Below are positions 39,277 to 48,725 of a DNA stretch of 64,000 nt, piece after piece. Location: NCBI GenBank assembly GCA_016186955.1, contig JACPKP010000004.1, positions 71,288 through 135,287 of the forward strand, in the 5' to 3' direction. Below the pieces are notes generated by a model. That model made no database searches. It saw only the letters and a list, made by a program, of their open reading frames with translations, and was not told where the DNA came from. Each line of letters begins with the position of its first letter. Position 1 is the stretch's first letter. A program made the translations under genes and the position numbers. Source of the stretch: Candidatus Daviesbacteria bacterium. GTDB taxonomy: Bacteria; Patescibacteriota; Microgenomatia; Daviesbacterales; UBA10151.

Positions 39277-41583
39277 TTATTTGAGGAACTTAACAAACAG
39301 TTCCTTGCTGTTTATTTTGGGAGCAGTAATTTTTCCTTCACCGGGTTTAGTCTCTTCTGTTTGTTTACCTGGTCTTTGGTCATTTTCATCAGGATACGTC
39401 CTGCCTTTAATCTCAGGGGCAAATTTGCTCATGTCAATCGGTTTGTCCCCGGTGTGCTCCTTGGTGTAGCGCTCTCTGGAAGCCCTGATTGCTTTTTCCC
39501 GGTTCTGGGTTTTGGATTGGGGCAGGGGTAGGGATTGGGCGAAAAAAGGGGTGGAAGTCAGTCCGTTAATGGACATCTTCAAAAGCAGCTGGTAATTTCC
39601 CAAACTTAATAAATCTTCCTCCTTAAACCGTTCCCCAAATTCCCTTGCCATAATCGGGGTATCCTCCGCCCCGATAATAAAGGACATGATAGTACCGGCG
39701 TTACCAAAAATTGCCGAACGCACCAGAGGGTCAATTTGGGCAGTGTATTGGTTTGCCAGGATCAGGTTAAGATGGTATTTCCTCGCCTCTGATAAGATTT
39801 TGATAAATGAGGTGGTGGCGAAGTTTTGGAACTCATCAACATAAAGGTAAAAATCACGCCTCTCTGCCTCAGGTGTATTAACCCGGTTCATGGCAGCAAG
39901 CTGAAGCTTGGTAATAATCATTGCCCCCAAAAGCGCGCTGTTGTCTTCACCTATCCTTCCCTGCGACAGGTTTAAGATTGCTATTTTACCGTTGTTCATA
40001 ATGTCTTCCAGATTAACAGTGGATTTGGGGAATGCCACAATATTGCGGATAACTTTGGATGATAAAAACTGCCCAACTTTATTTAAGATAGGGGAGATTG
40101 ACTCTTCCCTTAATTTGTCAGGCATTTTTTCAAACTCATTTGTCCAGTAGTTGACCAAAACCGGGTCCTGCAAATCTGCCACTGTTTTCTTCCTGAATTT
40201 CTGGTTTGTCAGGATTTCCGGAACCATCATTAAGGTTGAACTTGGTACGGCGATTAAAGTTAAAATTACATTGCGCAAAATATATTCCAGCCTGGGCCCC
40301 CATGAATCCCCGTAAAGCTTGTAAAAAATAGAGACAATGCCTGAGGCTATCAACTCTTTTTGGGCAGGGTTTGTTACCTCGAGCGGGTTTAAATGAAAAG
40401 GCCTGTCAACGTCAGCCGGGTTTAAATATACTATATCGTTGACCCTGTAGGAGGGGATGTAATCAAGCAGCACTTCTGACAGATCCCCGTGGGGGTCAAT
40501 GACTGCCAGCCCTTCGTTGTTCCGGATATCATTGATTGCGAGGTTGGCGATAAGCGTGGATTTACCGGTCCCGGTTTTTCCGATGATATACATATGTTTT
40601 CTCCGGTCTATCTGGTATATCCCGAAAATTGAAGACTTATTTTTAAATTCGGTCCTGGCAAAAAAGTTAATGCCTTTTTTTTCATCATCCGTCAGCTCAT
40701 AGGCAACGGGTAGGTTTTCCGGGGGGTCGGAGAGGATCGTTTTTGACCAGGAAATATTGCCTATTGTGGCTATTTTTGTACCGGGGAAATGGTATATTGT
40801 TGCTATTTCCATAATGTTTAATATTTGGTTTCTGGGAATATACGATATTTCTCTTAAAAGGATTGCCCTAATCAGCCCTTTGTGCTGCCAGAAAAAAGGC
40901 CTGACCAATGAAAGGCTGTTACCGGTGACGTTGTTAAAACTTATAAATGTTGCGGCAACAAGGTCCATTAGCGCCGGGTTGGAGCTTTTGGTGAGTATCC
41001 TGATTGCTGTTTTAAAACCAGGATAAGCAACTTTGTCAGATATCTGTTTAGAGTATGTACTGACCATTAAAGTATCCGGGGTAGTCTCATCCTTGTTCCC
41101 CTTTGACTCCATCATCCGCTGGCCTTTTGACTGCCACTTTGAGTTGACAGGACAAAGCAGAAACTGGACAACCACAACATCTTCTTTGGCTATCCTGGTC
41201 AGTATCCCCAAAAGGGATGACATCGGGTCAACATCCTTAAAATCATTAAAACTTTTAAGGGGATACAAAAAATTATGCTGAAGTTTAACCTGTCCTGCTT
41301 CAATATCTTTTTTTTCGGAAAGCAATGCCTGAAGTCCATCATCCTTGACCGGGGTTACTAAAGCTTTAGGGTATTGGGAGAGCAGTTGACTTTCAATGTA
41401 AGTCTGGTAAGCCAGTGGTGCGGCTATATAAAAATGGATGGCCTGGTTTACAACAACTATCTCCAAACTGAAGGCAGTTTTTGCTTTGATGCTTGTCAGC
41501 GATGCTAAAAACTGTACCATAGCTTCAGGTGTTTCTTCACCTGTGCGGGGGGTTTTAATCTCGAGTATTATTTTTTGATGCAT
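39277..41583 (-). CDS. VirD4/TraG-like (HerA-FtsK superfamily) ATPase of the CPR type
   Basis: RRKHMYIIGKTGTGKST, IDPHGD, WGPRLEYIL, LYVDEFQNF, LSEARKY..LANQY. Confidence 0.88.
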   Translation of the reverse strand: MHQKIILEIKTPRTGEETPEAMVQFLASLTSIKAKTAFSLEIVVVNQAIHFYIAAPLAYQTYIESQLLSQYPKALVTPVKDDGLQALLSEKKDIEAGQVKLQHNFLYPLKSFNDFKDVDPMSSLLGILTRIAKEDVVVVQFLLCPVNSKWQSKGQRMMESKGNKDETTPDTLMVSTYSKQISDKVAYPGFKTAIRILTKSSNPALMDLVAATFISFNNVTGNSLSLVRPFFWQHKGLIRAILLREISYIPRNQILNIMEIATIYHFPGTKIATIGNISWSKTILSDPPENLPVAYELTDDEKKGINFFARTEFKNKSSIFGIYQIDRRKHMYIIGKTGTGKSTLIANLAINDIRNNEGLAVIDPHGDLSEVLLDYIPSYRVNDIVYLNPADVDRPFHLNPLEVTNPAQKELIASGIVSIFYKLYGDSWGPRLEYILRNVILTLIAVPSSTLMMVPEILTNQKFRKKTVADLQDPVLVNYWTNEFEKMPDKLREESISPILNKVGQFLSSKVIRNIVAFPKSTVNLEDIMNNGKIAILNLSQGRIGEDNSALLGAMIITKLQLAAMNRVNTPEAERRDFYLYVDEFQNFATTSFIKILSEARKYHLNLILANQYTAQIDPLVRSAIFGNAGTIMSFIIGAEDTPIMAREFGERFKEEDLLSLGNYQLLLKMSINGLTSTPFFAQSLPLPQSKTQNREKAIRASRERYTKEHTGDKPIDMSKFAPEIKGRTYPDENDQRPGKQTEETKPGEGKITAPKINSKELFVKFLK

Positions 41584-41638
41584 ATGGGTCAGCCGGTACT
41601 CTTATATTTTAGCATTTTTAAGTGGGAAAGGGAAAGTT

Positions 41639-42244
41639 TTAGGGGATGGGGTTATCAGGCAGTTCCGGTATCTGGTTGATAAAATCCTTAATAAACCCAG
41701 GGACAGCGATACATTCCCCGGAGGTTTTTTCGGATTCATCGGATGGATCCGAAAAGTAGTATTCCTTGACGTAAACACCCGAGTCCAAAAAAGACCTAAC
41801 CACCCCGATGGTTTTTTCCTTAATCCATGGATCGGATGATATTAGGGGGTGAAGTAACCTGATGCGTTGAAGCTGTACCATGATATCGGTTAAAAAAAGG
41901 TTGGCAACGTCAAAATCTTTTACTTCATGCCCGATGAGAAAAAGTGTTTTAGCGACTTGACTAAGGATTGTGTTGTCTGAGTCTCCCCGGAATACATGAT
42001 GGTGTTTGGCCGCTATTAAAAGCAGGTCTGTGCTTAGGTCTGTAAAACCTAGACCCAGATTATCATCAATCTCCCCTTCAATGTTAAAGGTCAGTTCTGC
42101 CAGTTCACCAACCCATCCGTCAAAATCTGCAAGCTTTTTGTAGTTTAAGAATGTTCTAAGCAGGGGTGACTGGCTTAAAATAATCTCCTTGTGTTGATTT
42201 ATAGAAAATTCCGGACTTGCAGGCACAAATAAATTATATAGCAT
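41639..42244 (-). CDS. Hypothetical protein
   Basis: 201-aa ORF; no recognised motif. Confidence 0.55.
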   Translation of the reverse strand: MLYNLFVPASPEFSINQHKEIILSQSPLLRTFLNYKKLADFDGWVGELAELTFNIEGEIDDNLGLGFTDLSTDLLLIAAKHHHVFRGDSDNTILSQVAKTLFLIGHEVKDFDVANLFLTDIMVQLQRIRLLHPLISSDPWIKEKTIGVVRSFLDSGVYVKEYYFSDPSDESEKTSGECIAVPGFIKDFINQIPELPDNPIP

Positions 42245-42329
42245 TACTTAAGATGTTTTGCAATCAGCTTAAAAGCGCCGGCTAAAGTAAGCTTGCTTTC
42301 CAAATTTAACTTTATGCTATAGTTTAAAT

Positions 42330-42782
42330 ATGCCAAGAAAATACCTTTTAAAATTCTTACTTGCAGTAATTTTGGTAGCTTTTCTAGCAGCAGGCTGGCT
42401 TTATTATGACTATTACCAGAGGAACACGTATCAGGACAGGAATTATAATAAAAACCACCCTGCAGTGACAATATATTTAAATGATGATGTCAATATTGGA
42501 CAGGTCAATACGCTCTTGGAGAACCTAAAAAGCACAAAAGGTCTGATCATGGTCCAGTACCTTACTAAAGAGGAAGCTTTTGGGGAATATAAAAAAGGGA
42601 TCCAAAATATCCCGCCTGAGGAAATCCAACTGACTGATGATGAGGTCAAACAAAGCCTGAGTCCTAAAGTTAATGTTTATCTTAAAAGTTCCGCCTCAAC
42701 AGATAGCATAAAACAGCTTGTTGAAAATAAATCTTTTATTAAGAATGTGGTATACAACCCAAGACCGCCAAAGAGTAATTAA
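42330..42782 (+). CDS. FtsX extracellular-domain-like membrane protein
   Basis: TM helix followed by VTIYLNDD...VQYLTKEEAFGEY...LSPKVNV. Confidence 0.7.
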   Translation: MPRKYLLKFLLAVILVAFLAAGWLYYDYYQRNTYQDRNYNKNHPAVTIYLNDDVNIGQVNTLLENLKSTKGLIMVQYLTKEEAFGEYKKGIQNIPPEEIQLTDDEVKQSLSPKVNVYLKSSASTDSIKQLVENKSFIKNVVYNPRPPKSN

Positions 42783-42878
42783 TAAGTAGAGCTTCTGGCG
42801 AGGTCTTATTTTCCCTTCATTTACCTTCTTTTAACTATTGTTAAGTAAGCGTTTTACCTGTACAATTATGCATAAACA

Positions 42879-42977
42879 GGCACGAGACGCGGTGTTGGCG
42901 CCTGCCCTGAGCGAAGCCGAAGGGAAAGACGCTATCACCGAGAGGACATTATTAAGCTAATAGCTAAAGAAAGTTAA
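42879..42977 (+). pseudogene. 3' remnant of a MerR-like HTH gene interrupted by a 24-bp REP-like insert
   Basis: Reads GTRRGVG[ACPERSRR]ERRYHREDIIKLIAKES*; the insert CCTGCCCTGAGCGAAGCCGAAGGG is at 42901-42924. Confidence 0.5.
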
Positions 42978-44258
42978 TATGAACGAGATTTAATTTCCAA
43001 AATTTATAAATCCATTTGTGATCTCCTTGGAGAAAACAATTGCATACAAATAGGTTCTTACCCCCGTCGTACAGCCATTACACCTGTTCACGATTTAGAT
43101 GTGCTTTATGTAATTGGCAATTGGGACGAGAACAGCCACGATCCCTCGACAGTATTACAAAACCTAGCCTCGCGATTTAACGATTATGTTAATCCGACTT
43201 CCTACAGCGTAGAATTGGGACCACCACAATCTCATTCGATTACAATCTTATTTAAGGACAATGCAGGTAAAGAAATACTTTCCATTGATATTGTTCCCAC
43301 ATACATTTTTTCGAAAAATGAATTTAATGAAGATACTTATAAAGTACCTGAAATTGCACGAAGAAGGCATGGGAAAAAGAGGACTCAATACTATCAAGAG
43401 CTTTCACTACAACATAAGGAAATGGGTTGGGTTGTTTCTGATCCAAGGGGATATATCCATGTTGCCTCCGAAACCGATACAGTAACGGGTGGTGAGTTCA
43501 GAAAAACTGCAAAGGTAGTTAAAAGGTGGAAAAATAATTTAGTGGCGGAAGATGAAAACCTTAAATTACAGTCTTTCCACATTGAACAGGTAATTACAAA
43601 TTACTTTAGAGAAAATAATTCACTTGAAATATTTGATGCTGTTTTTAATTTTTTTCTTGAGTTACCGGAAATTATAGATAATCCTAATCAAATTAAGGAT
43701 CGCGCTAATAATGGTAAATTCATTGACGATTATCTTGAACAATTTACCGACGAGCAAAAGAGCAAAATTAGAAGCGCGCGTGATGGATTTTTTATCAAAC
43801 TCGAAAGTTTCGGAGAAAATAATTCTATAGAGCAGCTATTTGAAATACTCTTTTATTCCAGAAAACCCACAGAGGAGTTTTTATTTGATAAAGGCATTAA
43901 GACATTTATTGATAACAGCTTAAAATTTAGGATTGATGGGTTTGTTAAACCGCTTTCGGGTTTTACTTCTGGCTGGTTAACAGAAACACCACATTTACAA
44001 AACGGTCTTACGAGAGGCGGAACCAAGAAAAGATATATAGAATTTAGAATAAGAAAGAACGAAACGCCTGCAGAAGAATATAGATGGAAAGTAAAAAATT
44101 CTGATACCTGCTTTCAGCCAAGAGGAGAAATAACACTTAATCGCACAAGGAATGACCCAGAGAGTACAGAATATGCCGGAAATCACTACGTCGAGTGTTA
44201 TGCAATCAAAAATGGTGATTGTATTGCAAGATCAAAAGTTCCAGTAAAAATTCTTTAG
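42978..44258 (+). CDS. SMODS/CD-NTase-like nucleotidyltransferase with C-terminal AGS-C domain; 5' end apparently truncated
   Basis: Frame is open from 42978: IQIGSYPRRTAITPVHDLDVLY (GS + DxD), SIDIVP (third Asp), SDPRGY, SFHIE; C-terminal WKVKN..QPRGEI..ESTEYAGNHYVECYAIKNG. No in-frame ATG before the catalytic motifs. Confidence 0.8.
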   Translation, partial: YERDLISKIYKSICDLLGENNCIQIGSYPRRTAITPVHDLDVLYVIGNWDENSHDPSTVLQNLASRFNDYVNPTSYSVELGPPQSHSITILFKDNAGKEILSIDIVPTYIFSKNEFNEDTYKVPEIARRRHGKKRTQYYQELSLQHKEMGWVVSDPRGYIHVASETDTVTGGEFRKTAKVVKRWKNNLVAEDENLKLQSFHIEQVITNYFRENNSLEIFDAVFNFFLELPEIIDNPNQIKDRANNGKFIDDYLEQFTDEQKSKIRSARDGFFIKLESFGENNSIEQLFEILFYSRKPTEEFLFDKGIKTFIDNSLKFRIDGFVKPLSGFTSGWLTETPHLQNGLTRGGTKKRYIEFRIRKNETPAEEYRWKVKNSDTCFQPRGEITLNRTRNDPESTEYAGNHYVECYAIKNGDCIARSKVPVKIL

Positions 44259-44267
44259 AATTTAATT

Positions 44268-45041
44268 ATGAAGAAGAAACAGAAATTTTTAGTTCCGATA
44301 TATGGCTTAAAAAAGAGCCCGAAACAAAGCATTAAATTAGATAAAAGTATTCTAATAAGACCAGTTGATATTTTTGCAGAAGAACAAAAACACTTTGAGA
44401 AATTCGGTTTGAAAGGAAGTTATGATGGAGTGTTGGAAGTTAATTATGAGTACGATTCAGACAATCCCAGTGAACCCTTCCCTGGTCTCTTTATAAATTT
44501 AATCAATAAGATAGATGCTTCGCTAGTTGTCTATGGAGACGGAGTTGTGGGAGTCGCGGGCGTTGTCCCAGCTCCTAACGAAGAATTTTCGGGAGGGGGT
44601 ATTCTTTCGTCATCAACAAAACCCCAATATGAAGAAAAGCTAGACAAAGAGATTGATGAAAACTTTGCAGCTTACTATAAAAGATTTGTTAAAGCCTATG
44701 ATATGCGGCCAGTAGCATTTGATGTTTACAGGCGAAGTTGTGATAGGTTCGCCAATAATGATAGGACTATAGATAGCTGTATTATTCTGGAAAGCCTATT
44801 TGTTCCTCCTAGCGAAAGGTCTAAGAAATCCTTTATTCTATATGGATTAAATATCTTAAAGTTTAGTACCGATGAAATTAAGGCTATAGATGATTTAATT
44901 GAATATCGCAATGCGATTATTCATGCAGATAGGAAAAAGCAGCTTAAATTACTATCTGGATCAAAATATACACATAAGTGGTTCGAGGATACTTTCAAGA
45001 TAATACGCAGAATTCTTTATAAATACATTGAGAGTCCTTAG
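44268..45041 (+). CDS. HEPN-domain protein (ApeA-like C-terminus)
   Basis: IILESLF and YRNAIIH (RxxxxH) motifs. Confidence 0.7.
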   Translation: MKKKQKFLVPIYGLKKSPKQSIKLDKSILIRPVDIFAEEQKHFEKFGLKGSYDGVLEVNYEYDSDNPSEPFPGLFINLINKIDASLVVYGDGVVGVAGVVPAPNEEFSGGGILSSSTKPQYEEKLDKEIDENFAAYYKRFVKAYDMRPVAFDVYRRSCDRFANNDRTIDSCIILESLFVPPSERSKKSFILYGLNILKFSTDEIKAIDDLIEYRNAIIHADRKKQLKLLSGSKYTHKWFEDTFKIIRRILYKYIESP

Positions 45042-45095
45042 AATTGAAATGAAACACTTTAATTTGTCGCCGTCAACACTAGGTTTATCTAAAAT

Positions 45096-45216
45096 ATGGT
45101 TAAATTATCGAGGTCTAAGTTAGAATTATTATTCGACTGTCCCCGTTGTTTTTGGTTATCTTGACTTTCGGGCTATAGTCCTGAGTCTTGCCGAAGGGTA
45201 ATTTATGGTTTAAAGT
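45096..45216 (+). repeat. Cassette-boundary direct repeat, copy 1 (121 bp)
   Basis: ATG(G/A)TTAAATTATC.AGG.CTAA.TTAGA...CCCCGTTGTTT.TGGTTATCTTGACTTTCGGGCTATAGTCCTGAGTCTTGCCGAAGGGTAATTTATGGTTTA.AGT. Confidence 0.95.
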
Positions 45217-45222
45217 AAACTT

Positions 45223-45372
45223 ATGGCTAATGCTAGAAAGTTGCTGGTTAAATCTACGATATCTAGATTAGAAAAGAAAGATATACTTACAGAAATGTTT
45301 GAGAACTTTGGGATTAAAGTAATTACTGTAAGTAATCAGAACTCTAAGTCTGATAGTAGTAAGAGAAATTGA
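45223..45372 (+). CDS. 49-aa microprotein, paralogue 1 (not in ORF track)
   Basis: MANARKLLVKSTISRLEKKDILTEMFENFGIKVITVSNQNSKSDSSKRN; core shared with 48569-48718. Confidence 0.65.
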   Translation: MANARKLLVKSTISRLEKKDILTEMFENFGIKVITVSNQNSKSDSSKRN

Positions 45373-45381
45373 AATAATACT

Positions 45382-45627
45382 ATGAAAAACGATTATCAAA
45401 TTGTCACTTTTAAAGATAAGAAAATTCGCCGGCATTGGGATGAAAAAACGGAGAAATGGTATTTTTCGGTGGTGGATATTATTGCCAAGAATTATAACCT
45501 CTCCGCCAAAAATCCAAATAATACAAATTCGGCCGTATACAAATCACCAAATGAAATCCTTATAAATATCCAAAACTCTGAGAAAAAAGTAAACCAAATT
45601 TTATCTGAGATCAAAGATTTATTGTGA
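45382..45627 (+). pseudogene. Deletion fusion of a BRO-N-like N-terminus and a type I HsdM-like C-terminus
   Basis: KIRRHWDEKTEKWYFSVVDIIA (Bro-N-like) joined to KNYNLSAKNPN...SPNEIL (HsdM tail-like). Confidence 0.6.
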
Positions 45628-45717
45628 TGTTTTACTCTGTTGGAGTGAATTACTTCTTGATTTTTTATCCGGTTATAGTGTATTATATATACAGTTAGCT
45701 CGTTTTAGCCTCAAAAT

Positions 45718-47190
45718 ATGGCAAATATTGATGTACAATTACTCGCCCAATTAAAAACCTGGAATCCTTGGTGGCAACAAGGCAAAGATGGTATAGCCAG
45801 ATATAATGACCCGGTCTACAAGCGAGAACTGTATAGTAATGTAATTAGTCAATATAAACAAGGTAATCAAATTGTAAGTATTGTTGGTATGCGGCAAGTT
45901 GGTAAATCAACACTTATGCGACAAGTTATAAAAGAGTTGTTGGATGAGGGAGTTGACCCAAAAACAATTTTGTATATTTCCTTTGATGACCCTTTCGTAC
46001 GCATAAAATATGATAAAAAAAAGATTTTTGACATTGTGGTACAAACTTTTATAGGAGGGTTACTTCAAGAAGATCTTGATTCTTATAAAGGTAAATTATA
46101 TTTTTTCCTGGATGAGATACATCAACTGCCTGAATGGGAGAAAACTCTCAAGACCTATTATGACCGTTCGTTCCCTATCAATTATATGGTGAGTGGCTCC
46201 TCTTCCCTTCACCTTCAGTCAAAAAATAAAGAAAGCCTGCTCGGGCGAATTTCAGAACATGTCCTTTGGCCATTTTCATTCAGGGAGTATTTTGAATATC
46301 ATTCTGGTCAAGAAAAACAGGTTTCCGAAATCATTGAGGAAGCAAGACAAATATACAATAAATATATTACTACATTTGATATGGCTGAAACGTACCCATC
46401 TCTACAAGAAACATATAAAAAAGCTTTTGTTTGGAGTAAGCAAATCATAGAATCAAATCTTCAAAGATTTATTGTTTGCGGGGGATTCCCCCGGGCATGG
46501 CAGCAGCCTGATTTTGTATCCAGGCAGCGGATTTTATGGGAACAGCATGTTGGAAAAGTAATTTTTGAAGATCTGGTGCAAGTAGCAAGTATACGGAAAC
46601 CACGTGACCTAGAGTTTTTATTTACTTACATTATTGAAAATAATGGGAAAGAAGTAAAACTTGGAGAAATGAAAAGGAATCTGAATATTCACTGGGAAAC
46701 TCTGGACCGATATTTAAGCTATCTCATAAGGACATTTTTAATATTCAGAATCGAAAGGACAAAAACAAAACGGCTACTTATTAAGAGAAGGTCAGGGAAT
46801 GTTAAATTCTATCTGACAGATGTTGCCCTCCGCAACGCATTTTATAATAAAACAGAAGATGTTTATTTTGATTCCGAAGAAATGTCTTTCATCTCTGAGA
46901 ACTTAGTTTGTACAACACTCCAGAGGTGGCTTCGTGGCCCAAAGCGTGAAGAACAGGTATCCTTTTATAAAGATAGAAGTGGAGAAGTAGATTTTGTGTT
47001 TAAAGGTTTTAATACAATTATCCCAATCGAAATTAAGTGGAGAAGTGACATACCTCCTTTGAAAACACTAAAAAAAGTAGAAAATGCTTGGGATGTTAGT
47101 CAAAGTATTTTAATTACTAAGGATCAAGATCTTGATCTAAGGAGTGGAAGATTATCAATACCATTATGGTTTTTCCTACTGTGTTTTTAA
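45718..47190 (+). CDS. AAA+ ATPase (AAA_14 / DUF4143-type) with C-terminal PD-(D/E)XK-like motif
   Basis: GMRQVGKST, FFLDEIH, SGSSS, GGFP, KFYLTD, EVDFV..PIEIK. Confidence 0.88.
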   Translation: MANIDVQLLAQLKTWNPWWQQGKDGIARYNDPVYKRELYSNVISQYKQGNQIVSIVGMRQVGKSTLMRQVIKELLDEGVDPKTILYISFDDPFVRIKYDKKKIFDIVVQTFIGGLLQEDLDSYKGKLYFFLDEIHQLPEWEKTLKTYYDRSFPINYMVSGSSSLHLQSKNKESLLGRISEHVLWPFSFREYFEYHSGQEKQVSEIIEEARQIYNKYITTFDMAETYPSLQETYKKAFVWSKQIIESNLQRFIVCGGFPRAWQQPDFVSRQRILWEQHVGKVIFEDLVQVASIRKPRDLEFLFTYIIENNGKEVKLGEMKRNLNIHWETLDRYLSYLIRTFLIFRIERTKTKRLLIKRRSGNVKFYLTDVALRNAFYNKTEDVYFDSEEMSFISENLVCTTLQRWLRGPKREEQVSFYKDRSGEVDFVFKGFNTIIPIEIKWRSDIPPLKTLKKVENAWDVSQSILITKDQDLDLRSGRLSIPLWFFLLCF

Positions 47191-47196
47191 ATCTAT

Positions 47197-48440
47197 ATGA
47201 AAAATAACTGGCCAATTAAAAAATTAGGAGAGGTTTGTAAGGTTTTTGCTGATGGTGATTGGATCGAAAGTAAAGATCAGTCATCAAGCGGAATTCGTCT
47301 TGTTCAAACTGGGAATATTGGGAGGGGTATTTTTTTAAATAAAGGAGGAAAATCAAGGTTTATCTCTGAACAAACTTTTAAAAGGTTAAACTGTACAGAA
47401 ATTCTTCCAGGAGATTTGCTGATATCACGGTTACCTGATCCAGTTGGTCGTTCCTGTATAATTCCTGATACAGGAACAAAAATGGTAACAGCTGTTGATT
47501 GTACCATTGTCCGTGTGAATGAAAAATTAATACTTAGAGATTTTTTGCTGTTATACACAAATAGCTCAAATTACTACACTCAAATTCAAGCTCATTTATC
47601 AGGAACGACCCGCAAAAGAATAAGCCGAGGAAATTTATCACAAATTGAAATCCCTCTCCCACCACTTTCAGAACAAAAGAAAATTGTGGCGAAACTTGAG
47701 AAATTGTTGGCGAAAGTGAATGAAGCAAAAAAGCTCCGCGCTAAAGCGCAAGAAGCCGCGAGTCAGCTCCTCCCCGCCGAATTCCACAAAATTTTTGAAG
47801 AAGGAAGAGAAAAAGGATGGGAGGAAATAGATTTTGGTGATAAAAAATACATTGAGATTATAGATGGTGACCGAGGGAAAAATTATCCAAAAAAAAGTGA
47901 TTTTACACCTGAAGGCTACTGCCTTTTCTTAAATACAAGTAATGTAAGACACGGATCTTTTAATTTTTCTAAATGTGATTTTATTTCAAAGGAACGAGAT
48001 GAAATATTACGAAAAGGCAAATTGAAACGTGGCGATGTAATATTAACTACTCGAGGAACTCTCGGTAACTCTGCATTTTTTGATGATAAAGTACCTTTCG
48101 ACAATATGAGGATAAATTCTGGAATGGTTATATTGCGCGTTAATGAGAAAGTACTCACTCAACGTTTTTTACTGTATGTATTAAACTCACCAAATGTCAT
48201 GGATTTGATTAAGAAGGCGAACTCAGGCAGTGCTCAGCCGCAACTACCGATTCGTGTGTTATCAAAATACATTTTATACTTCCACCCATCACAGAGCAAA
48301 AAAAGATAGTTGCACGACTGGACTTAATTTCCGAAAAAGCGCGTCAACTTCAAGACTACCAAAAATCCACCGAGCGCGATCTCCTCACCCTCGAACAATC
48401 AATTTTACACAAGGCTTTTTAAGGAAGATTAGTAAATTAA
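47197..48440 (+). pseudogene. hsdS: Type I restriction-modification specificity subunit, frameshifted near 48270 and with a nonsense codon at 48420-48422
   Basis: WPIKKLGEVC, IPLPPLSEQKKIV, two TRDs; the second conserved region (ILPPITEQKKIV...SILHKAF*GRLVN) continues in another frame. Confidence 0.85.
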
Positions 48441-48441
48441 A

Positions 48442-48562
48442 ATGATTAAATTATCAAGGTCTAAGTTAGAATTATTATTTGACTGTCCCCGTTGTTTCTG
48501 GTTATCTTGACTTTCGGGCTATAGTCCTGAGTCTTGCCGAAGGGTAATTTATGGTTTAAAGT
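48442..48562 (+). repeat. Cassette-boundary direct repeat, copy 2
   Basis: Near-identical to 45096-45216; begins 1 nt after the inferred natural hsdS stop. Confidence 0.95.
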
Positions 48563-48568
48563 GAGGTT

Positions 48569-48718
48569 ATGCTTAGCAAGAAAAATCCAGAGATTGAAAC
48601 GATAAAATCCAAACCTGAAAAAAGAGATATCCTGACGGAAATGTTTGAACACTTTGGGATTAAAGTAGTAGATGTAGGTTCTCAAATCCCAAAGGCCAAC
48701 AGGAAAAGAAAGGGATGA
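48569..48718 (+). CDS. 49-aa microprotein, paralogue 2 (not in ORF track)
   Basis: MLSKKNPEIETIKSKPEKRDILTEMFEHFGIKVVDVGSQIPKANRKRKG. Confidence 0.65.
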   Translation: MLSKKNPEIETIKSKPEKRDILTEMFEHFGIKVVDVGSQIPKANRKRKG

Positions 48719-48725
48719 AGTAAAG

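Noticed and set aside
39277-41583. Conjugative element around the VirD4-like ATPase
   Set aside because: No relaxase, VirB4 or mating-pair genes are adjacent; such ATPases are common stand-alone CPR genes.
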